In this document: piece by piece, positions 17,701 to 25,901 of the stretch
Numbering within the stretch: position 1 is the stretch's first letter
How the letters are laid out: each line of letters opens with the position of its first letter
From: an uncultured Myxococcales bacterium
GTDB taxonomy: Bacteria > Myxococcota > UBA4151
Direction of reading: 5' to 3'
NCBI GenBank assembly: GCA_964013405.1
Contig: CAXGWI010000031.1
Location: forward strand, 1 to 28,316
DNA length: 28,316 nucleotides
Notes under the pieces: generated by a model
What the model was told of the DNA's origin: nothing
The model's database searches: none
The model's input: the letters and a program-made list of their open reading frames with translations, nothing else
Program-made: the position numbers and the translations under genes

Positions 17701-18111
17701 GTCCGGCTCACCATTTTCCTGGGGGCCACAGTCATTGGCTCCCGCATTCAGACAGTTACCACCCCAGCAGAAAGACAGCGCGGGACAGTCGCCATCCGTA
17801 CGGCATTCGCAACCAATACCATCGCCAAGATCGCAGGGCGCAACGCAGATGTTTCGCTCGCTATCGCAGGCGAGTTCATCGTCGCACTCATCATCGTAGC
17901 CACAGTCTCCCAGCTTGCAGATCCCGCTCTCCCGGTCACACCAACTCCCCGAGCCGCAAAGAATGGCACCCTCTTCTTGGCCAGCGGCGCTGTTTTCTGG
18001 AACGCAGCGGTTCTCAAGATCAGGCCCTGCGTCAAAGCTGCCGACGTTCGTCGTCTGGGGACAAGCCGCAAGAAGCCCAAGGATAGGTACGAAAAGACGA
18101 AGATTTCTCAT
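14770..18111 (-). CDS. Lipoprotein B1: extended Cys-rich repeats plus 5 PPC-like domains (paralog of B2)
   Basis: Start re-called at ATG 18111 (GAGGA SD; MRNLRLFVPILGLLAAC lipobox). Cys repeats are collinear with B2. Five PPC-like modules with EPNN-type motifs (14773-16830). Confidence 0.82.
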   Translation of the reverse strand: MRNLRLFVPILGLLAACPQTTNVGSFDAGPDLENRCVPENSAAGQEEGAILCGSGSWCDRESGICKLGDCGYDDECDDELACDSERNICVAPCDLGDGIGCECRTDGDCPALSFCWGGNCLNAGANDCGPQENGEPDHSNCARDPSRIGDAVQVIQCVANALEVDCVDDRACLPFGAVCDADQLRCVAYSCMRPTCARDGDCAPGQRCHPSANTCVEDLGCRYANLFAELACPDGKSCDVESNSCREIEAGECTRATQDQDCREFELCDDDVDGRCVQCLDDTQCTGEGSALDCSGGGACPQGERCVTDSEGTSTCRRHQGTHCNVVTGRCIGGGGCLRDVDCMRSTEQSCSTDLDCPAETYCLDVGTPDAPQLQCLSPTGRVCALANNECVIPLCSSDENCQEEHGGDPRWSCDQTSYRCRLPEPNCPADAHEPNNNSSAGVPMTEFGEGPLFDTLEQVLCRGDQDFYRIHAESGQNLEVTLSLPEVAYTEVAQPTTQCFRNEDCNHPNHPVGTVCIESICQFAVRPEGRFQVDIYSPESVGFEILGTTRLAEGSWTGSTSATALVAGTYSVRVKSNADAQDSYAYRLQVNQSTPPPCEIDEPNNSRQDATGLSLNDRPLEIRRFLCDDDIDTYAVRVPQGHTIEASIVTEAEEGDPPNMDLVLLSATGREALARGEGPTGVESVEWTNEEDGPRNVYVKVNWSADVQAREGTHPYVMRLRVAPPFRCGDEEDVPGDPDGSRAVAMDENGVALVDDSALCTPEDVDLFKVMLNPGERLTARLSNSPRFPLDLRVLDVDGATPLHYGAGPVGHREARAINAAGGQAYYYIWVGWNNQATEEERAEGAPFVLNLGVESSELCPDPQAEGEPNNERVQATFLPPGVEAIERHFCGETDVDWYLIQPEAETEVRLTAAFAGGEGDIDLYLFDADEEPVAASVGVDTDSEEIHVASTAGGAHYLMVDRWDGQDIQSYQLTAAYSLSCEDDDREAAGGNSLAEAQLIRDEVGNYDLTEDLVLCFDSDWYQLLLAAGDELTVRVVGDAEIDLSLHGLDDEGNSSGEVASGRIIDETRDDPPLSIHELRFTADQVLSFYALKVRGPAARRAAYRFEVTVR

Positions 18112-18122
18112 GGATTCGTTCC

Positions 18123-20018
18123 TCAGCCACCCGTCGGGGGGATGGGGTCGACAGGCCGGTTGGTTGGCTGGCAAATCAACCGGCTGCCACGACAGACACT
18201 TTGAGAGCAGGTGCCCTCTGTGCACAGATAATCAGCCGGACATTCGATGTCGGACTCGCAGATCAATGCGGTGGCATCCGTGACACAGGACTGACCACGG
18301 CGACAGTCATCATCACTGGCGCAGGTACCACCCTTTTCAGTGGTGATGATGACGGATTCCCACCAGGCACCGGTATCCTCCAGCACCGCCTCCACCTCGC
18401 AGGACAGGAGTCCATAGAGGTGGACTCGTACTGTCGCGATGGTCTCACGAACGCCGCCCGTTGTCGGTGTGGCCCGGTAGTAGTTCACTCCAGCGACATA
18501 GTCGCCCAGTCTGGGCTCATCGATGCTGATGTTTTCTGGGCCATAACCATTCACATCATCGATATCGAGACTCGCGCCCCAATCGAGGCCCGGATCACGG
18601 CAGTTGCGGTAGTAGCAATCCAAGCCATTGTCTCGATAGACCGCCGAGTCTCCAGTACGCAGAAGGTGAATATCCACATCACTGGTGGGGTGATCCCAAA
18701 TCAACTGGATGGCGAGGGCATCCTGCGGAATCGCCTCAAACTCAACAAAACAGGGCTGAGAGCGAACATCGAAAGTGTCTTTGACGATTAACTGGACCGT
18801 GTAGGGTCCGGCCAAATCCAAGCCTGGCTGCTCCCGGCCGGAACTTTCGAAGACGAAGGCTGGGCGATCACCATTGGGGTCGGTCAGGACCGCAGTGGAG
18901 CCGTCGGGGGCACTGATGATGCTCCAGTGGTAGCTCGCAATTTCCGCGCCCTGAACCTCGGTGTAGCTCTCTTCGCCGGTGAGTTGGACATCAGACAAGG
19001 GCTCGATGTCCTCTTCCACATCGAACTCCAGATTGCCATTCACCGCGTAAATTCCGCACTCCGCAACGGGTGCCTGGTGACCCACACCCCGCAGTTCGAT
19101 GGCCGCACCATCGGGATAGCTGGGGTCGTTGGTTTGGAGCAGAAGAGCCCCTTCATAGGCGTGCAGACCCGGTGGTGCAAAGGTCACCACCAGATTGGCT
19201 GCGGCGCCGGCCTCGATAATCAATGAATCCGCCGTGACCGAACCGCCGATTGAAAAGACGGGAACAGGGTCACTTTCCGCATCGGGACGAGTGATGGGGT
19301 TGTCCGCCCCCATTTCGATCCCATCCAGCGTCAGGACCCGCTCACCAACGTTACGAATCTGGACGCGGCAGACGGAAGTGTCGCCAACGCCAACCGCGCC
19401 AAACTCACAGACGGCGTTGACCTCTGGCGTCGCCGGCGTCCCTGGAATGGGGATGATCTGCATATGCGGCACACCTCGGTCGACACCGGTGGCAACCAGC
19501 TTCACCTCCACGATCGTGCAATCGGCTGGATCGCCCAAGGGGCGCTCTTCCTCGGCCCCGCGAAAGAGGAAGTCAGGGTAACGACACTTGGTCTCACTGA
19601 GCGCGCCGTTGGTCGCATTCGAGAACAACAACAATGTGCCTTCGATCTGGGTTTCACCCACCGTCGGGCGGACTTTGACACGAACTTCTTTCGTGATGCC
19701 CGCTTCAAGAAGCATGGGGGTCGCTTCAACGGCAAAGGCCGGATCCGAATCCCCGCTCATCCGAAACTCAGCGATCTCGAGCGGTAGATTCACGGGGTTA
19801 CTGACCAGCACCGTCCGTTCGGTCCACGCGGCCAGAGGGGCCTCACCGAAGTCTAGCCGGCAGTCCCCCGCGTGCCCAGTGCACAAAGGCTGGACTTGTT
19901 CCTCTTCGGGAACGGCCAGTTTCACCTGGGCTTTGATCTCATAAACATAAACCTCTTCCTCGCAACCGATGGTGGCGAGAACAGGCAGCAGCATAATCCA
20001 AGGCAAGCGACGAACCAA
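18123..20018 (-). CDS. Lipoprotein A1: Ig-like domains, PKD-like domain, YfaP-like domain and a C-terminal Cys module (paralog of A2)
   Basis: Start re-called at TTG 20018 after GGAGGA (MVRRLPWIMLLPVLATIGC lipobox). LDFGE / EFGAVGVG..IRNVG..TNDP; IEPLSDVQLTG..YHWSII.APDGSTA..DLAGPYTVQL; IQLIWDHPTSDVDIHL..DIDDVNGYGPENISI. Confidence 0.8.
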   Translation of the reverse strand: MVRRLPWIMLLPVLATIGCEEEVYVYEIKAQVKLAVPEEEQVQPLCTGHAGDCRLDFGEAPLAAWTERTVLVSNPVNLPLEIAEFRMSGDSDPAFAVEATPMLLEAGITKEVRVKVRPTVGETQIEGTLLLFSNATNGALSETKCRYPDFLFRGAEEERPLGDPADCTIVEVKLVATGVDRGVPHMQIIPIPGTPATPEVNAVCEFGAVGVGDTSVCRVQIRNVGERVLTLDGIEMGADNPITRPDAESDPVPVFSIGGSVTADSLIIEAGAAANLVVTFAPPGLHAYEGALLLQTNDPSYPDGAAIELRGVGHQAPVAECGIYAVNGNLEFDVEEDIEPLSDVQLTGEESYTEVQGAEIASYHWSIISAPDGSTAVLTDPNGDRPAFVFESSGREQPGLDLAGPYTVQLIVKDTFDVRSQPCFVEFEAIPQDALAIQLIWDHPTSDVDIHLLRTGDSAVYRDNGLDCYYRNCRDPGLDWGASLDIDDVNGYGPENISIDEPRLGDYVAGVNYYRATPTTGGVRETIATVRVHLYGLLSCEVEAVLEDTGAWWESVIITTEKGGTCASDDDCRRGQSCVTDATALICESDIECPADYLCTEGTCSQSVCRGSRLICQPTNRPVDPIPPTGG

Positions 20019-20088
20019 CGGGTCCTCCACATTCAAGATGTCAACAACGCAGACACGCTAGCAGAAATCCCCCATGCTGACACGGTTC

Positions 20089-22818
20089 TCAGCCACTTAT
20101 TACGCGCGCGACCTGTTTCAATACATCTTCGATCCGAAAAGGTTTGGAGAGAACGAGCTTGGCTCCAGCCTCACTGACAGCCTCTCTATCGATGCTATCG
20201 CCCCAGCCGGTGATGAAGCCGAAGGGGAGGCCTTCGTGCTCTGCGCAAAGTCGCTTGGCCAGCCCCCATCCATCCAATTCCGGCATGCCGAGATCACTCA
20301 GAATCAGGTCTGGCCGAGTCTTACTGAGGACCTCCAGACATTCCAAACCGTTGCGAGCCTCAAGAGTTCGGTAGCCACCTTCCTGAAGGATCTGAACCAA
20401 TAGATCGCGGACGTCATCATTGTCTTCGGTGACCAAAATAAGATGATCACCCTGGGCTTGTGGGGCGATGCTCTCCACAACCTCTGCAGGTGCGGAAACA
20501 CCCTCAGGAACCTGGGGTAAATGAATGGTAAAACGAGTCCCCTTCCCTAACTCGCTACCCACGGTCATTCGCCCGCCACAGCGCTGAATAATGCTGAATG
20601 AAACCGCAAGACCAAGGCCCGTTCCTTCCTTCCCCTTTGTCGTATAAAATGGGTCAAAGATTCGCTCGCGAACCGATTCCGGCATCCCGGCACCATCGTC
20701 CTCACAAACCAGGAAGCACTCCCCCTCGCCTTCACCGGTATGAAGCCCGAGCGTCCCACCGCCCCGCATGGCATCAAGGGCGTTATTGACAAGATTTGTG
20801 AGCACCTCGCGCAACTCCCGGCTATCAGCACGAACCGTGGCCACATCGCCCAGGTTCAAGTCCAAATGCACCGGCCCCCCAGCCCGCTCCACCCACTGGG
20901 CCGATGTTTGAGCGATGGTGTCTCGAACGACCTGATCCAAGTCAGCAGCCTGATCACGGGCCTCCGGGTCCGGTTGCTGCCGGCTGAACTCCTGAATTCG
21001 ACGCACGGTTGCCGCACCGTCGAGGGCTGCCTGTTCGATCACATCGAGGGAAGCGAGCCAGTCCGGTTGGTCAATCTGTCGCCTTAAAAGTTGAGTGCGA
21101 CCGAGAATTGCCGCCAAGACATTATTGAAGTCATGGGCAACCCCCGCGGACAGGGCCCCGAGCCCTGCAAGCTTTTCACTCTCGAATTGTTGCCGCAACG
21201 CGCGATCGCGCTCCCCTTGTAGTTTCTTTTGCTCCACGGCCAAAGACGCATGACTGGCCAGAAGTTCAAGGGCTTCGATCCGACTCGCCATCCCCAGACT
21301 CATTCGAGACCAATGACAGACGAGAAGCCCGCTAAATCGGTTCCCCCGGGTGATGGGAACATGAAGCCGCCCGTCCCCTTCAAGCCAACTGTTCCCCTCG
21401 TGGGCCGCGGCCAGGGCGGTGGCGGCCACAGGAATTGCTGCTTGCTCGACCTCTGAACTCAAAACGAGCCCTTCGTCGCGCTGCCAATAAAGGCTGACCC
21501 GCCCGGCACCACTGATCAGCTTTGCTGCTTTGATGATTTCCTGATCGATCACCGCCCCATCGACAACACCGAGGATCTGGGCCGCCAACTCATCGAGCGC
21601 CTGAAGATGACCGATCTGCTCCGCCTGCTCTTGATGCAACCAACTCCGATAAAGGGCGGGGGCCAACTGGGAGGCCACCGACTCCAGCAATCGTTCCGTC
21701 TCTTCGCCGAATGAACCCGGATCCCGATTGTAGGCCTGTAGGGTCCCCATAGGTCGGTCGCCGTGAACGACCGGGATCAGCAACTTGGAGCCGAAATACT
21801 CCAAGATCAGGGGATGGAGCAGGCCAGCCTCCGTCGGCTCGCTGAGCAACTCCGGAAAAGCTTGGCTCTGCTCTGCCACCTTATTCTTCAGCGGGACCTC
21901 GTAGGTGTAGCCTTCGTCACCGATGACATCGGTGAGGGCCTTGGGAAGGCCACGGTGAGCGACCACGGTGAAGGTGCCTGGCGGCTCGTCGGCACGGGTG
22001 GCAACCAGGGCATCAAGGCCGGGCTGCTGGGCCAGAATATCCACCGACAGGTCAAGGACCGTGTCCAAATCCATCGCTCGGTTGACCACCGTAGCGACCC
22101 GATTGAGCACGCGGAGTTCCCGATTGGTCCGCTGGAGATTTTGCTTATCCCGGCGACTCTCCGTGATGTCGCGTAAAATCCCAACGCTTGCGGGCAAGCC
22201 ACGAAACGTAATTTTGCTCACAGAAACCGCAACCGGGAAGGTCCTTCCCGAGGAATCCATCGCCTCGAACTCATAATGACTGTCCACGGTTTCGCCGGCG
22301 GCGATTGCATCGACTCGGGCCTGGATAATGGCATGACTTCCCGGCGCGATGAGGTTCTCGAAATTGAATTCGGGAACGCAGACCTCCTGCCGGGAATAAC
22401 CGTAGAGTTGCTCGAAACGCCGGTTGATGAACACGAAGTAGCCGCGCTCATCGAGGATGTAGATCGAATCACTGCTTTGTTCGGTGAGGGCTTCGAGCAG
22501 TTCGGACTCAAAGGCTCGATGCTCCCCAAAACCAGCCAACTGTCGCAGGGCCCGGGCCAGGGCGTCAGGGCCCGGCTCGGGGAGGTGCTTTAGGGTGCGC
22601 AGGTTCTGGTCGGGGCGGGCCATGGGACCAATGGCTAAAAGCGGCAGATCGCTGGGAAGGCCTCGAGGGGGGTGAATCTCCATATAGACGCCCACCTCGG
22701 CTCGAGTGGGCAAGGCCGACACCCAGCCCGACTCGCCAAGGGCCTGGTTCAGAAGGGTAGAAATCGACGCTGCCGCCGACTCAGAGACCCAAACCTTTAA
22801 CACTTCCGGGGATTTCAC
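20089..22818 (-). CDS. Hybrid sensor histidine kinase (PAS-PAC, two GAF, HisKA, HATPase, C-terminal receiver)
   Basis: PAS (SSDSIYILD..FINRRFEQLYGYS..GILRDITE), GAF segments, H-box GVAHDFNN, N-box NLVNNALDAM, DDGAGM, FDPFYTTK, GTGLGL, receiver EDNDD..SDLGMPELDG..ITGW..KPF. GTG 22818 preferred over ATG 22869. Confidence 0.92.
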   Translation of the reverse strand: MKSPEVLKVWVSESAAASISTLLNQALGESGWVSALPTRAEVGVYMEIHPPRGLPSDLPLLAIGPMARPDQNLRTLKHLPEPGPDALARALRQLAGFGEHRAFESELLEALTEQSSDSIYILDERGYFVFINRRFEQLYGYSRQEVCVPEFNFENLIAPGSHAIIQARVDAIAAGETVDSHYEFEAMDSSGRTFPVAVSVSKITFRGLPASVGILRDITESRRDKQNLQRTNRELRVLNRVATVVNRAMDLDTVLDLSVDILAQQPGLDALVATRADEPPGTFTVVAHRGLPKALTDVIGDEGYTYEVPLKNKVAEQSQAFPELLSEPTEAGLLHPLILEYFGSKLLIPVVHGDRPMGTLQAYNRDPGSFGEETERLLESVASQLAPALYRSWLHQEQAEQIGHLQALDELAAQILGVVDGAVIDQEIIKAAKLISGAGRVSLYWQRDEGLVLSSEVEQAAIPVAATALAAAHEGNSWLEGDGRLHVPITRGNRFSGLLVCHWSRMSLGMASRIEALELLASHASLAVEQKKLQGERDRALRQQFESEKLAGLGALSAGVAHDFNNVLAAILGRTQLLRRQIDQPDWLASLDVIEQAALDGAATVRRIQEFSRQQPDPEARDQAADLDQVVRDTIAQTSAQWVERAGGPVHLDLNLGDVATVRADSRELREVLTNLVNNALDAMRGGGTLGLHTGEGEGECFLVCEDDGAGMPESVRERIFDPFYTTKGKEGTGLGLAVSFSIIQRCGGRMTVGSELGKGTRFTIHLPQVPEGVSAPAEVVESIAPQAQGDHLILVTEDNDDVRDLLVQILQEGGYRTLEARNGLECLEVLSKTRPDLILSDLGMPELDGWGLAKRLCAEHEGLPFGFITGWGDSIDREAVSEAGAKLVLSKPFRIEDVLKQVARVISG

Positions 22819-22940
22819 CAGGCGTCTCCAGACCGGCACAAAAGCACCATGGCATAGCAGCCTGCCCATGGGAAGCGATCTGGAGGCTTGCCAAGGCGGC
22901 GGTCATCTGGCTCTCCTTGAGCGGCAAACAAGGGGCGCAC

Positions 22941-24413
22941 ATGTTGATTCTAGCCATCGATCAAGGAACCACCGGCAGCACCGCATTACTCGTCGATGAG
23001 CAACAACGAATACTGGCGAAACGAAACCAAGAATTCCCCCAAATCTATCCCCAGCCAGCCTGGGTTGAACACGACCCAGAAGCGATCTGGGCGAGTGTTT
23101 TAGGCGCAACCAATGCCTGTCTCGATGCGGTGCCTGGCGCCCGGGATCAAGTGGGCGCGATCGGCATCACCAATCAACGGGAGACCACCGTCGTCTGGGA
23201 GCGGGCATCGGGACGGGCTATTCATAACGCAATCGTTTGGCAATGCCGGCGAACAGCGGAGGTCTGCGCTGCGTTAAAGGCCAACGGACTAGAGGATGAG
23301 TTTCGTCATCGGACCGGACTCGTTCTCGATGCCTACTTCTCAGGCACGAAGATCGCTTGGCTGCTGGACCATGTGAACGATGCCCGCCGTCGTGCCGAGG
23401 CCGGCGAGCTGGCTTTTGGCACCATCGACTCTTGGCTGATCCACAAGATCACCGCCGGTCAAAGCCATGTGACCGATGCGACGAACGCCAGCCGGACATT
23501 GGTGGCGAACCTGGCAACAGGGGACTGGGATGACTGGTGTCTCGATCAACTCAACATCCCCCGGGCTGTTCTGCCGACGATTCTCGATTGTGATGGCCTC
23601 TTTGGTCGCAGCGTGGGGTTTTGTGGCTTGCCCGACGGAACGCCAATCCATGGCGTCCTCGGGGATCAACAAGCCGCGCTCTTCGGCCAAGCCTGCTTCC
23701 AGCCCGGAGACGCGAAGTGCACCTACGGCACCGGCGCCTTCCTCTTGGCGAATTGCGGTGGTGAGGTCACCCACTCCACCCATGGACTCCTCGCCACGCC
23801 TGCCTGGCGCCTCGGGGGGCAGACCACCTACGCCCTTGAAGGCTCGACCTTTATCGCCGGTGCGGCGGTCCAATGGCTGCGCGATGAGTTGCAGATCATC
23901 GACTCGGCCAGCGAGATCGAGGCCCTCGCAAGCCAGGTTCCGGACAGTGGTGGCGTCACCTTCGTCCCCGCCCTGGCAGGCCTGGGTGCGCCCCATTGGC
24001 GCGGGGACGCCCGAGGTGTGATCACAGGCCTCACTCGCGGAAGCGGACGGGCCGAGATCGCCCGGGCCGTCCTCGATGGAATCGCACTCCAAATCGTCGA
24101 CCTGCTCGAAGCGGCGATGGCCGACTGCCCTGCACCGCTGGCTCGCCTCAGGGTCGATGGGGGTGCGGCCGCTAACAACCTGCTGATGCAGACCCAGGCT
24201 GATCTCCTAAATGTGGCCGTTGACCGCCCGCCGATGCTTGAATCGACGGGTCTCGGTGCTGCTTTGGTCGCTGCCCTGGGCGTGGGCGCCATCGACCAAC
24301 TCACAGATCTACAACAGGACTGGGCGCTGGAGCGGCGCTTCACACCCCAACAGGACGATCACTGGCGAGCAGGCCAACGAACCCGCTGGCAAACGGCCGT
24401 TGAGAAGGCCTAG
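22941..24413 (+). CDS. glpK: Glycerol kinase
   Basis: AIDQGTTGS, WVEHDP, GITNQRETT, AIVWQCRRT, DAYFSGTK, TDATNASRT, GDQQAALFGQ, KCTYGTGAF, YALEGS, LRVDGG. Confidence 0.97.
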   Translation: MLILAIDQGTTGSTALLVDEQQRILAKRNQEFPQIYPQPAWVEHDPEAIWASVLGATNACLDAVPGARDQVGAIGITNQRETTVVWERASGRAIHNAIVWQCRRTAEVCAALKANGLEDEFRHRTGLVLDAYFSGTKIAWLLDHVNDARRRAEAGELAFGTIDSWLIHKITAGQSHVTDATNASRTLVANLATGDWDDWCLDQLNIPRAVLPTILDCDGLFGRSVGFCGLPDGTPIHGVLGDQQAALFGQACFQPGDAKCTYGTGAFLLANCGGEVTHSTHGLLATPAWRLGGQTTYALEGSTFIAGAAVQWLRDELQIIDSASEIEALASQVPDSGGVTFVPALAGLGAPHWRGDARGVITGLTRGSGRAEIARAVLDGIALQIVDLLEAAMADCPAPLARLRVDGGAAANNLLMQTQADLLNVAVDRPPMLESTGLGAALVAALGVGAIDQLTDLQQDWALERRFTPQQDDHWRAGQRTRWQTAVEKA

Positions 24414-25207
24414 ATCTCGGCACTGACCTCTTCGGCTTCGGGAGCAAGCCCGGGGTCCTCAGTCCGCAATCTGCGCCAGAAGGCGGCGATGGAATTATAG
24501 CCCACATAGATCCACGACAGGGCGAGAAGGACCCCGTAGGGCTCCCGCAGGAAGAAGGCCAGAGAGGCTGGGATCAAGGCGAGAACGCAGATCCCCAGCA
24601 GCGCACTTCCCCGCACCGTGAAGTCCTTAAAGCTCCGCATGCGAAGGTTTGAGACCATCAAACAGGACACCAGGACCACATAGATACTGATCTGACGATG
24701 GAGCGGTGCAGGGTCTAGACCGGAGCGAGCAAAAAAGCCGACGAGGGAGATGAGGGCCAAGGCACCGAGGGGAATCGACAAGCCCACAAAATCGCTCTTT
24801 GCGTCCTGCCCCCGCGCGGCCAATACATTGAACCGGGCCAGTCGGGCCGCACCAGCAGCAACAAACAAGAAGGCCACAAAGAAGCCCACTCCACCGTGAT
24901 CTTGCAGCACCCAGCGATAGATCAAAATCCCGGGAGCGACACCGAAGCTCACGAGGTCTGCCAGACTGTCGAGTTGCACACCAAAGTCGCTCTGTGTCCG
25001 GGTCAGCCGAGCCACTCGCCCGTCCATCGTGTCGAAAATAGCAGCAAAGACAATGGCCAGGCAGGCGGTGAGAAAGTCCCGCTGCGATGGGTCCGTGGTG
25101 CTCGCTTTGAGGATCGCAAAAAACCCGCAAGCGATCGAGCTCATCGTAAAAAGGTTCGGCAGCACAAAGAGCGCCTTGGACAGATCGAGATCACGTAACT
25201 TGGCCAT
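24410..25207 (-). CDS. pssA: CDP-diacylglycerol--serine O-phosphatidyltransferase (type II)
   Basis: LPNLFT, CDP-alcohol motif FDTMDGRVARLTRTQSDFGVQLDSLADLVSFGVAP, ARLARFN, FVGLSIP, LMVS. Confidence 0.92.
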   Translation of the reverse strand: MAKLRDLDLSKALFVLPNLFTMSSIACGFFAILKASTTDPSQRDFLTACLAIVFAAIFDTMDGRVARLTRTQSDFGVQLDSLADLVSFGVAPGILIYRWVLQDHGGVGFFVAFLFVAAGAARLARFNVLAARGQDAKSDFVGLSIPLGALALISLVGFFARSGLDPAPLHRQISIYVVLVSCLMVSNLRMRSFKDFTVRGSALLGICVLALIPASLAFFLREPYGVLLALSWIYVGYNSIAAFWRRLRTEDPGLAPEAEEVSAEI

Positions 25208-25209
25208 AA

Positions 25210-25503
25210 TCAGCAGCCCTCGGACTCGCTGCACGGCGCTTCGGCCAAACCACAAGCAGCCCAATCCCCGCGGGCCAGAGCATCACAGTCGCAGGTCTCC
25301 AAGCGCTCAAGACAAAGTCCTTGAGCCCCCTCGCTCGCGGCGCCCAAATCCATCCGAGCCTGCATTTGACTGACGCAGAGGTTCACTTCCGAGCGGCTGT
25401 CACGGCAACTACAAACCCGGGTCCCCAGGTCCTCACACGGATCGCCACAGCCGGTGATCACCACGCAAACCACAAGGAAATAAGGAGCGAACCGATGCAG
25501 CAA
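25210..25503 (-). CDS. Small Cys-rich lipoprotein
   Basis: Lipobox VITGC, 10 further Cys including two C-x6/7-CxC-x9/10-C units. Stop is 2 nt before the pssA ATG. Confidence 0.72.
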   Translation of the reverse strand: MLHRFAPYFLVVCVVITGCGDPCEDLGTRVCSCRDSRSEVNLCVSQMQARMDLGAASEGAQGLCLERLETCDCDALARGDWAACGLAEAPCSESEGC

Positions 25504-25622
25504 ACCAAGCGCCTTTCAAAGGCCCTCTATATTGGGGTGGGCTGGGGCGCAATCACGCATCAAGGGTTTCCTTTGCTCGATGGCAACATCACTGGCACGC
25601 TAGAGCAGCAAGAGGGGGTCCC

Positions 25623-25901
25623 ATGAAGATCGACGCTGCACTACTTCCCGGTGGCTACGAGTGGATCGTCATTCTCGTCGTGGTGCTGATCTTCTTCGGG
25701 CCCAAAAAGCTTCCCGAGTTGGCCCGGGGACTTGGCAAGGGGCTCCGCGAGTTTCGCCAGGCCTCCGATGAAATGGTTGACACCATAAAGAACGCGGACC
25801 TCGAAGAACCACGGGAGCTTCCATCGGCCAGTGAGAGCCTGCCGGTCACCCCAAGCACGGAGGCGGCGGAAGCGGCACAGGACCGCAGCGACTCCACTTG
25901 A
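25623..25901 (+). CDS. tatA: Twin-arginine translocase TatA/TatB family subunit
   Basis: [45 protein letters not shown]. Confidence 0.93.
   Translation: MKIDAALLPGGYEWIVILVVVLIFFGPKKLPELARGLGKGLREFRQASDEMVDTIKNADLEEPRELPSASESLPVTPSTEAAEAAQDRSDST

Noticed and set aside
11005..18111. Multiheme cytochromes, metalloproteases or TraA in the Cys-rich proteins
   Set aside because: No CxxCH, no HExxH in a protease context, and no PA14-like domain, MYXO-CTERM tail or traB/OmpA partner recognised.
18112..18225. 38-aa N-terminal extension of B1 given by the ORF track
   Set aside because: It overlaps the A1 3' end and buries the signal peptide. ATG 18111 has an SD and gives a clean lipoprotein signal.
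11005..20018. DNA-level tandem repeats, CRISPR array or DGR template/variable repeats
   Set aside because: The repeats are visible only at protein level and are highly diverged. No near-identical nucleotide repeats, cas genes or reverse transcriptase were seen by eye; a self dot-plot would confirm.
25505..25622. Sigma54 promoter (TGGCACG) before tatA and palindrome GCCTTTCAAAGGC (25511-25523)
   Set aside because: The -12 GC is mis-spaced with no TTGC. The 6-bp-arm palindrome alone is too weak to call.
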